DNA of 64,000 nucleotides from Klebsormidium nitens (Eukaryota > Plantae > Klebsormidiophyceae): positions 62,001 through 126,000 of the forward strand of contig DF237047.1 of NCBI GenBank assembly GCA_000708835.1, given 5' to 3'. Position 1 is the stretch's first letter. Each line of letters opens with the position of its first letter. The position numbers and the translations under genes were made by a program. Of this stretch, positions 25,895 through 37,826 are shown one piece after another. The notes beneath the pieces are model-generated. The model saw nothing but the letters and a program-made list of their open reading frames with translations. It ran no database searches and was not told where the DNA came from.

Positions 25895-28800
25895 ATGGGT
25901 ACGCTAGCGCAGGCTGTTGATCGGTGCAAAATTCTGTCGGCTGCCGCTCATTCCAAGTCTGAGGTGCATTGCAAACCTCAGGCTGAAACCGGGGCCAGAA
26001 GTCTGATATGCAGACATCAAGTAGAAAGTCTGCACGACGCGCTGGGCAGAAGGTCGGGGTTCTTTGGAGGCTCGCTTCAGCCAATTGGCAGGCGGAATGG
26101 CTTGCAACTGCAATTGCAGCGCTCTCTGAAGACTGTCAGGGCAGCATTGGCAGAAGCAACGGAGGCAGCGGCGCCTACCCTTGCAGAGACGCCAGTTGTC
26201 AAGAAGACTGGTTCGGTGGCATTGGTGGCCCTTGGTAAGAATTGTCACGTTGGCTCTGAACACCCCTTTTTGGTAATGGTGTGGAGAGCTCTGATGGGGA
26301 ATACTCTGAGCCATGTTCAGCGGCAAAATGCTGTAGGGATCAAGCACTTACCTTCGTGCAGTTTGAAAGGATCAAGCATGGCTGGCAATCCTTGTATTTG
26401 ACCACTTAGATATTTAGGGTTTGGGTTGGCCGCTCAGGGTGAGGGTTAAGCTCCAGCTCTTTTACAGTTTAGGAGGGTTTGGTGCAATGGGAGTGGAAGT
26501 CCAGGGTATAGCCTAAGCCCCGGACTTCCACTGAGGCGTTAGAAGGGTTAGTCGCTAACCGAAAGCTGCTCCTTTGCAGGCTGTCCAAAAAACACTGTGG
26601 ACGCAGAGGTGATGCTCGGGGACCTGCAGAGGCAAGGGTACCAGATCACTGACGATCCTGACACCGCTGATGTGGTGAGTCTGGCGGGCAATGCAGACAG
26701 CCAAAAAAGATGAAGTGCTGGCCTTGCGGAGACGATGGTTGGGTGGTGTGAATGGAGGCTCTCTCGAAGGGGGGATCAGCTGTGCTTTGACGCAGTCCGC
26801 TTGTTTGCGTCAGTTTTTCTTGAAGCACATCACCCGCATTGTTCGCCAAGGTCAGCCTCTTTGAGTGTAAGATATCTGACAGTTTATTGTTTGCGGGTCA
26901 TAGGTAATTGTCAACACGTGCGCTTTCATCGAGGACGCCAAGCGGGAGTCCATTGATGCAATCACGGAGGTGAGCCTCCAGCCTCCGCTCTGACCTTCGA
27001 TCGACATCCTTCAACGGATCATTGTTGGCAGTCGTTCCTCTCAGCCAGGAAACTCAGTGATCATCTCGCTGGCGCCCGGGGTCCTTGCACTCTTTTCTTA
27101 ATGTCACATCAAAAGCTGCCAATGCCTCTTGCTGTGTTTTCTTCCAGCAAACTTACACAACATCATGATCATCGCTGCTGATGTCACTTGCACCATCAGA
27201 AGAAGCTTCGTCATGTCTGCAGGCTGGGGAACTGAAGGGCAAGTCTGCCAAGGGCGTGCTGGTGACTGGCTGCCTGGCACAGCGGTACTCTAAGGAGCTT
27301 GCCAGGTGCATACCTTATGCACACCGTTGGTCGCTCTTTTATTGCACACCCTTTTACTGGTCACCTTGGTCACAATCTTGTTCGTTTTGCTGGTGCAAAG
27401 ACTCAGAATCATGCCCTTCGGAAGGCCTGCATTACAAAGATAGCAGAGGACATCGACTGGAAGTAGTTCTTGCGCACTTACATAGACTGTGTAAGGTTGA
27501 GGGCATTTCACGGAGGAGCCTCCCTCTTCCGCATCTGACCCCGGAAGATATCCTGCTGATTGCTAGCTATATGTTTTTCGTTGAGCTGGAACTATCTCCG
27601 ACCATGACTTTAAAAATGCACGGCCCAGAGCTCAAGCATCGACCGCCACTGAAAGGAGGCAAACTTTTCGATCTGCTGATTCAAAGTGCCTTGCACACTG
27701 GTTCATCTAGTGCAGACTATGACTTTCCCCCTCAGCAAGCCCTGTTCCCAGGGTGCCGCCTAGTTCTCTGTGCACTAAAAGTTCTGCTTACCCTCAATTC
27801 AATGACATTCAATTGTCAACATTTATAGCTCCAAGAATTCAGAACACTTGCCGGCAACGAACTTCGAATGTTATGTCTTGTCATCCATGAATAGCAAAAG
27901 TCTAGAACTTTGTAACTGATCAATCGAAGTCCTCAACTTTTAAAGTTACTTTCTCACAGCAAGATCATCTCCGAGGACGCCGACTCCGTCCTTTGTTTCC
28001 TTCATCCTTCAACCTACAAAACTTCAAAAAGTCATAGGGCAACTCCCGTGTGTCCCAAGGTGCTTGTCTCCGAAGCTTCAGAGCCCTGATGCTTCAGAGC
28101 CCTGATGGGTAGGGATGGTTTGGTGCTTAGGGTGGGTAGGGGTGCGCAGTGCATAAACATCGGGCTAGGGCTTCTATTTGAATTGCCCGGGACTTTTGAA
28201 TCTTAGGAGACAAGCTTTTAGGAGACAACAGAGTTGCCACTTTTCATAAAGCCAGGTTCCTGAAGTGTGGAACCGTTTTCTGCAGCGAGCTTCCGTTCGT
28301 CGACGCCGTCGTCGGCTTCGAGTCCTACTCCCAGCTCGGCGCCCAAGTCGAGCGCATTCTCGCCACCGGAACCGCCAGCACCAGCACTTCCTCTCTCGAA
28401 CAAAACGTCCTCGTCGGCACGCCGCACGTGCCGTTCCGTGTCGAGTCCGAGCGCCGGCGAATCACGGCGCAGCACACGGCGTACCTGAGAGTCGCGGAGG
28501 GTTGCGACCACACGTGCACGTTTTGCAGCATTCCGGGGTTCCGGGGGAAGTTCCGGAGCAAGCGGTTTGAGGCGGTGGTCGCAGAGGCGAATCTGCTGGC
28601 GGCGTCAGGTGGGAATTTGGGCACTTTGGAATACCTGTTAAGCGGGATATTTTTAGTTTTCCGGTGTACCTTTGTATTAGTGTGCAAAGATATGTTCGAC
28701 AGAAATCTGGAGCAAGCGGTTCGAGGCGGTGGTCGCGGAGGCAATCTTGCTGCCGGCCTCAGGTGGGGTTCCGGAGATCGTTTTTATCGGTGACCCTATG

Positions 28801-30330
28801 TTTTGAAACGTGTGCAAAGATCTGGGGAAGGTTCCCGAGCAAGCGAGAGGAGAGAGGGTGACGGAGACGAGATCGCTGGCGGTGTCAGGTGGAGCTCTGG
28901 ACGTCCCGGTTTGGAGATCTCAACGTTCTGAGTCGGCTTGAATTGACGCAGTCAGGAAGTGACAAAAGGCCAAGGTTTGCGAACGGTTTCCCTCACGGTT
29001 TTTTTAGGGGCAGAAAATCAGGTTGACCCCAACTTTTCAGGAACTCTCCCCTTATTGCGAAGTCAAGTTCGACACAGAGCTGACGGCGTAATGGAGAGCC
29101 GCCGGTGTTTCGCCGACCGTTCATGAGCCTCCTTTCTAGCCTGACAGGGAGACTAAGCTTTCATTTTGGGTTGTTACCGACACGCCGGTGCTTGAGAACT
29201 ATCACACGACGTGCGACCGCTGTTTCCCAGCCCCTGGCCACATAAGATCAGTCGCCCAGAACACGAATCTTTGTGACAGCGGCTTTATATATAATTGCTG
29301 TCAAAATCTGGGTGTGCGCCAGTCTGGGCTCCAATTAACCACACCGCAGGCTTTTTTGCTGGCCCGTACGATCCTTGACAAGCCGGAATAGTTGCACGCG
29401 CCTGCGCGACTTCGCTTACCGTAGACGACACCATCAGTTCGCCTGGCATGTCAAGTTCACGTAGAAGTTGCTCAGGGAGCGAGATTGCAGACCGTTAGGC
29501 AGAACCCTTTGCACGGAGATTTTATGAGAATAATTACTGATCTGCGTGTTCCTTTCTGTGCAGGGGCGCGCGAGATCTGTTTGATCGCCGAAGACACGAA
29601 CCAGTGGGGCAGCGACTTCGGCGAATCGGACCCCCGGCGGCTGCAAGACCTGCTTCACGCCATCGCAGAAAACCCCCGGGTTAAGTGGATCCGACTGCTG
29701 TACTGCTACCCGAGTTATTTCACCGAGGAACTGATCACCGCCATCGCCTCAATCGACAAAGTCTGTAAGTATATCGACATTCCGCTGCAACACATAAGCG
29801 CGGCGGTGCTGCAACGGATGCAGCGGCCGAGTAAAACGCACGCCGAGGGATTGCTGCGAAAGTTGAAGGAACGGATACCCGGGTTAGTGTTGCGAACCAC
29901 GTTTATTTCCGGGTTCCCGGGCGAGACGGAGGGGGATCACGAGGAGCTTATGGGCGCGGTTAAGGAGTTCGGGTTTGAGCGTGGGGGCGTGTTTGCGTAT
30001 TCGCGGGAAGACGGGACGCCCGCGGCGGATCTGGAAAAGCAGGTCGGGCGACGGACGAAGGATCGGCGGCAGTGCGAGTTGCAGGATATGATGCGGGACC
30101 GGCAGATGGACTGGGCGGGGCAGCAGATTGGGCGGACGCTCGACGTCATGATTGACGTCATGGACGGACACGTAGCGGTCGGACGAAGCCAATATGATGC
30201 CCCCGAGATCGATAATCGAGTCAGAATAGAAGGGTGTTTGATACCGTTTACGCCTGGGAGCGTGCTGCAGTGTAGGGTCGTGGGGGCTGAGGACTGGGAC
30301 CTTATTGCGGAACCAATTGAAGTGAGTTGA
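25895..30330 (+). CDS. rimO: Ribosomal protein uS12 methylthiotransferase RimO-like (UPF0004 + radical SAM + TRAM) with predicted transit peptide
   Basis: Exons 25895-26234, 26580-26674, 26904-26969, 27223-27305, 28286-28608, 29564-30330 are in frame. '[11 protein letters not shown]' is RimO-type (MiaB has GCQMN). Also 'VIVNTCAFI', 'VTGCLAQRY', CxxxCxxC 'CDHTCTFC', 'WIRLLYCYP', 'YIDIPLQH', '[12 protein letters not shown]' and a C-terminal '[11 protein letters not shown]' TRAM domain. Confidence 0.9.
28545..28900 (+). repeat. Three-copy degenerate tandem duplication of rimO exon-5 end + donor + intron start
   Basis: 'GAGCAAGCG...GCTG(G/C)CGG...TCAG|GTGG' recurs with GT at 28609 (functional), 28763 and 28889. 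'GTGTGCAAAGAT' precedes both extra copies. Confidence 0.85.
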
Positions 30331-32882
30331 GATCCGCTGAATATTAATTTCGACGATTTAGTCATTCATGGCACAGTGCCCTTGCAATCTTCTTGATCGT
30401 GCGCTGAAGTTGGTGAGCTTGAGCCGAATTCGTATGATCGAGAGAAGCATCGCCCATGCCTTCATGCAAGGTTTTGATCCTAGGAGCAAGGTGTACTGGA
30501 CGGTCAGACCAGTCTAACGATCTGCTCCAGGCTCAGCTCTGGTTGAGCAAATTGAAGCCTGCAAGGTCGCAATTGCATGCGATTGCCTCAGCATGTTGCG
30601 GGACAATGGGGAATGCATCATACGATAACATGCATGTAGACGCTCGGCTACATGTAGACGCTCGGCTTTGCAAAGAACGGCCGTAGCATGCAGCATATGC
30701 ATGCGCTTATAGGCCATCTTCTTGTCTCCTTGCTTTCATATATTCCGACATCATGTAATTCGCTGCCAATGATCAAGTGGTATCAAGCTAGAAACGTACA
30801 TAGCCTATACAGGTTACTGCTTGAAGACTAACTAAAATGGATATGTAGGTACGTGCGTGAGCCGCCGCCCGACTTTAGCTCGGTTCCAATGGCGACCTCA
30901 AGTACTCGTGCATGTACACTTTGGATTGGATTCATGATGACTTGATTCATGATCTCGTCATATAATGTGCCGACAGAAGCATTCACTTGCATGCACGAGC
31001 ATATGCGTAAAAGTGAAAACAACCATGCCACAAACAGGGCCACACTCAGCAACGAATAATCCAGGATGCACATTGTAGCTACACCCTCGATGGCACCATG
31101 CAAGAAATATAGGAACGCAAGGTTCCATCTCCTTGAAGATTATATTCTGCCACCATGAAAATGGTGAACCCATTGTAGACGGACTTAGAGTGTTCTATGA
31201 AACTATACAATCACGGAGGAATGATCATGCCGTACGGCGTTTCCAGGATTGATATGCTCTTAGTCAAACGTGAAGTCTACTAAGACTCTGAGTCCCTTCG
31301 CATAATTAAGCGTGACATGTGAAGGTGCAAGCAAGTCGATGTAGCTGAACAGAATCGATCATGTATGCCATGAGAAACCTATGGCCTGTTTGGCTACGGC
31401 GAGAATGATAAGAGACCATCATGTGGCTCAATCGGATATCAGAGCATCATAAGAAATCTGAGCCGAGTGCACTGAGGGCCTTTCAACTTGGACGCTCTCG
31501 GATCCTGATTCCTGATGCCCTGAAAAATTGACACGGTGGCAAATACTCGACGGATATCGGCGGCGCGGAGTCCGTGCGAATCTAATCTAACGGGTCGGAC
31601 CGCAGTCAGATCTTGATACCAAGGCGCCGCAGATAACACCTAACCTAGGTCGGTACCTAGGTAGCCTTCCTAGTACCTACTGTAGGCTGTACTCAGAATG
31701 GTGCCGCGGCGCGCCGTCGATCGCGACTCCGAGTCACGGTTGGACTCAAATTTGGACTTGCGACTGTACTTATAGTACTACCGGGCAGGCTTCGGTCTAG
31801 ACTCCGTGTGAGTATGGTCGGTAGCCTGCCGCAGTAAACCAGTCGGTTCTATCGCAAACCGACGACTAAAATTTGAGTGGTACCGTACCGCGGCTGTCCG
31901 CCCACTCCCACGGTACTACTTTAGTAGTACCGCCGAGGTACCGTTTGCTGAAAATAGAATGCAATTGGGCAGCTCATGCAGCGGCTCTAGTATCTACCGC
32001 TAATGACGCGTGCACAACTTAGAGCCTAGCTTGGCAAAACGAAAAGCTAGATTGACTGAGTTTAGGAGCATGGTTCCGCTCGACCATATACAAGCATAGC
32101 AGCAACAATTTTAGTCAATATTGATGTAAAATAAACGATCGTTGTAAATGTACGATTCAGGACACGTGTCCTTGCCAGTGCATGTGCATGAGCCCAGCCA
32201 CGTCATTAGGGGGCAGTGGGACCGCCGTCAGCTAGCTTTTGCAATGGCCCGTGGGCGTGCTCCGTGCGAACACCAATGACCAGCATGGCTGATGCCGACA
32301 TGATAACGTGATCGGTGGTAATGTATCTAGCTAGGCTAGCTAGCTTATCGCCACTAAACAAAGCTGAACGGCCTAGATTAGACAGATATGGGAACAACAG
32401 CCACGGGCAAGCAATGACTTGGAGTCAGTGGCTCCTACATGGTTTTGTTGTGGTTCTAAACGGTAACATATGCAGCAACCTGAGTGCATGGGCTGCGTAG
32501 CAAGATTTTGCAGGTCGTATTGTGAAACACAATCAGGTGTGAGCGAGCTTTGAAAAAGCAAGTCGACGCCCGGAAAACCAAAGCGTAGAAACATAATTAA
32601 TCGTCTCTTGTGTGTAAGCTCCAATGTTCTTATAATCCGACACCAAGCAAGGTCTAGATCGATAGCATACTGAATATCCACACCCCAGTGCCACCAGATT
32701 GTTGAAAGCACCGGATCAAAGTATTGTATAGATTGTAAAGTTACCTTGACCACTTTTGACAAAGGCAATTCTGACCATCTTTTAATGTCCTACATTTGAG
32801 TTTGCGTTCCGGTTGATCTCCGTTCATTATGTCATCATGATTACGATCGAGGCGCTAATGATTCGCGAGTCCCTCAACAACT

Positions 32883-34097
32883 TCAAAGTCCTATTATGTG
32901 CCTGCGCAGGAGATCGTGCTTCCTAGCGAGCTCGTTGTCTCCGACTGCCCCTGCTGCAAGTGCGCTCATTCCTGGAAAGGTGATTCCGGTCAGCGGGTCC
33001 ACGATGGCATAGAAATTGAGGTTACTATCAATGGAAGCATTATTGTTGGCACGTGCGGGTCCAGTCGCTGCCCATTGGGCGAAGGTATCGATGGTGGCGG
33101 GGAATTGCCCGGGGGGGGGAAGGCTGGGGGCACCGTTGAAGCGGTGGAGGGGATCCAAGGGGCTGTTCGGGGGCCCATTGAAGGCAGCCCGATTGGCTCT
33201 CGAGCGGATCAGGTTCTCGAGATTCAGAACTGCCGCCGCCACAGCCGGGCCCACCGCTGCCGCCACCGCGGGGCCCACCGCTGCCGCCACTGCGGGGCCC
33301 ACCGCTGCCGCCACCGCCGGAGGCATCGCTGCCGCCACCGCAGGGGGAATAGCTGCTCCTACTGCGGGGGGCATCGCTGCGGCGACCGCTGCAATAACCA
33401 CCGGCCCCATGACTCCGGGGGCTGCTGCAGTGATGGCGGGGGGAAGAGCCGCGGCAAGGGCAGCGGGCAGCGTGGCGGCGAGGCCAGCGGCAATCGCGCC
33501 CGGCATGGCAGCGCCTGCGGCTCCGATGGCGGGGGCCAACCACACGGCGGGGCCTGAGAGACAGTCAACATGGATTTCAAGACCCTCTATATTCTTTAGA
33601 TTGCACATCCTCTGCGGAACCAGCTCCATCATAAACAGACCTTTCCAATTACAATTGAGACCGTAACCAGGACCTTATGTGACAATCTGCCAGACTGGAA
33701 CACAGGTTTCACAACACATCATTCTACAGGAGAGCCAGTGCTCACCAGCTAGGTTTGTCGCAGCCCGAGTGGCAGCCACCTCTGCTCTTCCAAGCCGGTT
33801 CACTGTAACTGAGGCGGGCCGAGCGTCTGCAAGCAAGAATTGACGCGTCAACAAGTTGGAACCCGAAATCAAACCTGAGCAAGGGCTCTGAACCAACATT
33901 GTCCTTGATCAGATTACGTGGAACCAGCTTCCGCTTTCTTCAGACTGATTCTGGGCTTTCTTAGACTTACCGCGCCGCCTATTGAGCTTGTGCACATGCG
34001 TGCTCAGGCGACCGACGTCGTCGAACGTCTCCAACCCCGCGATTGGCACTGGCGGGGGAGCGACTGCCGGGAGCGCCCCGGTTGGAACCACAGCCAT
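32883..34097 (-). CDS. Ala/Pro/Gly repeat protein with putative Mug135-like C-terminal domain
   Basis: Exons 34097-33971 (G|GTAAGT) and 33553-32883 join in frame. About seven 8-aa 'PAVAAAVG'-type repeats are followed by 'RSRANR...PLDPL..FNGAPSLPPPGQFPATI...IDSNLNFYAI...ARKHDLLRRHIIGL'. The Mug135_C resemblance is from pattern memory and has not been searched. Confidence 0.5.
33232..33400 (-). repeat. Coding 24-bp minisatellite (~7 copies)
   Basis: The + strand unit gctgccgccaccgcggggcccacc and variants repeat every 24 bp. Confidence 0.9.
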
Positions 34098-37000
34098 CGA
34101 GTTTCCCCGTGCCTACAGCCAATCTGCACCACATGACAGGATACTTGACTAGCTCTCAAACCTTGGTTGCTCATCCAAGCTTGCTTACGGGAATCATCAG
34201 GATAATAATGAGGGCGGCCATGAAGCTGCATGGCACTCCTTGCAGATTTTGTTCCAACAAAGCAGTTAGTTAAACTAACGACAATTTCTTGATGCTCTTG
34301 CCGATTTACCAGCTGCAGTCAGATGCAGGGGCATCCTCAGATTCAAACACAGGGCTTCGCTCTTAAACGCTGCTCCATTTGGGAACTGGAGAGGCTGCAT
34401 ATTGTGCATCTGGGTAGAGGACACAACAGAGTTCTAGGACGCTACAGCTCTCATTGCGACAGGAATGGGAAGGTGGTAATGCACTATTGGAAGACGACAG
34501 TCTGAGGCCGAAACAAGAGAAAGAAAAGGAAATGACTCCCCACCTGAATCTGAGCTGGAGCATGAGCGGCATGACATTCTTACCAGGAAGAACGTCGACG
34601 GTTTTGTAGCCCTTCGAGGACTTCTCCCTGGCCGCTGTAGTCAATCGTAACTTGGAGTAAGACCCACTCCTGCAGCACCTGAATAAGCACGTTGCAGATG
34701 TAAGGTGGCCCGCAATAGTTCAGCCAAATACTACATGCTCATCCCCTCAAAGAGACTGAAGGAGCACCACTGCAGAATCGCATGGCTACCAAAAATCGCA
34801 AAGCTTTCAATCCCTTGCATAATGTCTTCTGACCAGCTTGTGTCCATCGAGGCACGGGATCATTTGCAGACACGGCAACCATGGATCGGCTTCTTCCTGT
34901 GGAGTAATTGCTGTAAGATAGATAGTATCCGTGGCCTGACCAGCCTCAGTTGCCAGCAATGCAGTTAGAAGCAGTAACAACAGATACCAACATGAATAAC
35001 TGTTCGCCAATTCATGTACAGCAGACACTTATGACGCTGTCTAAACTCCTAATTTGGGCAGCGTCAGAGCTTCGTAAGCTGCCAGACTGGAAATGGAAGC
35101 TTGCTTGAGAATTCCTGATTTGACTAACATCCTTGCAACAGCAAGATCATGCAATCTGTACTTCACATGGGATTTGCAAAGCTTTGCAGATGAAGACCAC
35201 CACTTGACACCCTCTGATACAGAGCTACTTTATGCAGGTTTCTTGGAATATCAGAAAATGACAGAACGTTGAGTGAAGGATACATAATCAAAGAAAGAGC
35301 GCCTATCAGCTGATATGCACAAAATAGTGATGACGGTGTTGTATTTTGATTGTTTATGCTGAAGCTCAGACTGGACCAAAGCACAAGCTCACATGATTCT
35401 CAGATGCTCCATTGCTCACCGCTAAATCAAAATTAGTTAAGACTCTAATATATGTGCGCCCCGAAAACACGATCCTCAATGCCTTTTTCTATTCTCACGC
35501 CATGAAGCAGAAACTTTGATTAAAAGACTTACCCGCTCGAGCGTAATCTGTTACTTCTAGCGTCCCCTTGCCGTCTTCCGCGTCCTCTCAGCAATGGAGT
35601 GTGCCAATCTTCCAGCTGCCAATTTCGCTGGTTGTAAGATGCTGCAGCCTTCAAGCAGCTCATTCCCGCTCATTCCCAAACGCCAATGACGACAGTAAGG
35701 GGAGCTTGTCAAGCCAGATCGAACCCAAGTCTCCTGAGCCAGATGCTAAGGCCTTCAAAACATATTGGTGGTTTAGACGACCAAGTCCTCGCCGGAGAAC
35801 TTGCACCTGAACCCCGCTTAAAAGCTGACCCGCCTGCAGATTTCAACAGAGCGCTGAACAAACTCTAGGCAGCTTCTTCCTGCTCCTTTCTCTTCGTCCT
35901 ATGTTCAAACCTAACTTTTTGGCATGCCACATTTTCAGCTGGACGAAGAGCGTCAGGCAAAAGTCCCAGCGACCTTGTGCTGGGGAAGGCAGACAGGCAG
36001 AAAGGCATCTAGGTAGAAGAGGTTCAGTTTCTCTAGACAAGCCGACATCCTCCAAGGAAGCCGCGATTCGACCTTGTGCCAGCGTGGCAGTCCAACGCAG
36101 ATTCCAGCCGTCGGATGTTCGATCATTCAATATCGGACGGTACACCATGCCCCAACGGAAAATAAACCGGCTACCGGTCCAAGGGGTCCGACGACGAGAC
36201 CGGGGCTGGACAGGCTTCAACCACCGTACCAGCGGTCTGTACCGCATCATATCTTGGTCAAAGCTGAACCCAAATGACTACCTGTGGGGTTCTGTTTAAC
36301 GGTTGAACGTAAACCAACGCACTCAACGCATAACTGAGAGCGTCACATTAACCCAAACCCGTCACTACTGGGTCCACATTTCTGCCCGCAGACTCCCGGA
36401 CCCCGGTCAGAGCACGAACATGCATGCCCGGCAACCAAGGCACTAGCTAGCTAGTGCCCGGTTTGTCATGCTGGAATCGTAGAAATGCTCAAAATCGCGG
36501 CTTCCTTGGAGGATGTTCGCTTAGAGAAACTAAACTTCTTAGATATAGAACTTAGGCCATTGACTTGTAAAAGTGTTTACATGCTACTTTTACGCGCAAG
36601 GTGCGTCAGCATCTTTGGCCAATATGACCCCCCGAGTACTATGCTCTCCTCGGTACGGTCTATAAAATTTTGGGGAAGGGTTAGGCAACCGTTTGACAAC
36701 CAAGTGGTTTCGGAGGGTCAGCTGGATCACGGTTACCGGTAAAGATTCCAAGCTGCTACTGAGCTTCGGTCTTCGTGCTTCAGTGCTGTTTGCTGACCCC
36801 GGTTACTGTTCGGTCATGTAACAAGGTTAAAGCTGCTAGTTTATCTTTACCCGGTAGATAGAAGGGAGTAGCATAAGGTCGCTCGGTGCTTTTGTTAATC
36901 GTGTTTTTGGACCAAAAAATCGCCTTTAAAGCCCTGCAAATGATTCAGGCGTGAAGAGGAGGATGTGCTGGCACCTAGAACGGCGGGAGAATGGTCCTAC

Positions 37001-37826
37001 ATCTGTCCTGACGCTCATCAAGGGATGAGCATTTGCCATGTACAGGGCCTCAGAGCTGTCACTAGGAGCCACTTCGGCAGATCTGGCTATATGTGAGGCC
37101 TTGTTTTCAAGCCCCAACCGCAAACCCCAAAACCGTTTTGGCAGGCGCGGTCCGTTTTTGGGCAAGGGTGATCCAGTAACTTTTATACGTGATCCGGTTT
37201 TGGGCGGTCTACGGTAAGCGCCAGTAACATGATGATTGGCCCCGCATATATGCAGCGAAGCCGGTTTTGGGTTTCATATTCGCCATGATTCGCCGATGCA
37301 TCGATGGTGCATCATCGTTCAAAACTGCTCGATCGGAGGACCTCACAAATTTGATTATAAACGAAGCATGGTAGACTGCAGCGCAGCACAACATAGCGCC
37401 TGAGAATACTAACACGCTTGTGCGAAAACCGATGGGCTTCGAGTCGACTTGTGTAACCATGCAGGATATCGCGCTTGCGCTCGGGCTTCCAGTCCTTCAA
37501 CATCTCATAGTACCGGCTTGAAATGCTATGCTACGGTGCATCGTGACCATGACAACATGGAAGAACCAGGCCGCATATGTCTCGAGCAAGACATGAGTGG
37601 GACCGTTTGATATCTCCAATACTGTCGATGCTTACCCGACAAGCTACTCGTTGCGTGTAGGTATCAGTACACGTATGTTGAAAGCTCTATAGATGTTGGC
37701 ACATTAAGATTGTAGATTTGTATCAATAAGAGGTCATTCCTCTCAATTGGCGGTCAATATGACGAGCGCCAGTCTGATGCCTTAAAGAGTCGAGCGTACC
37801 CTTCAAAAGAGCTAAGATTGTAGGAC

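Noticed and set aside
26414-26422. Telo-box TTAGGGTTT in rimO intron 1 (and a similar word near 19746)
   Set aside because: A single 9-mer is compatible with chance; there is no supporting evidence here.
28075-28107. 16-bp direct repeat gcttcagagccctgat x2; similar short doublets at ~14302-14327 and 30633-30668
   Set aside because: Ordinary slippage duplications with no spacer structure; not CRISPR-like.
32898-33666. Long overlapping ORFs on the + strand and in alternative frames over the Ala/Pro gene
   Set aside because: Expected shadow ORFs of a GC-rich 24-bp repeat lacking stop codons.
34250-37800. Several 60-135 aa ORFs in the gene-poor island
   Set aside because: No consistent splice model, no recognisable domain, and no RT, integrase or transposase motifs.
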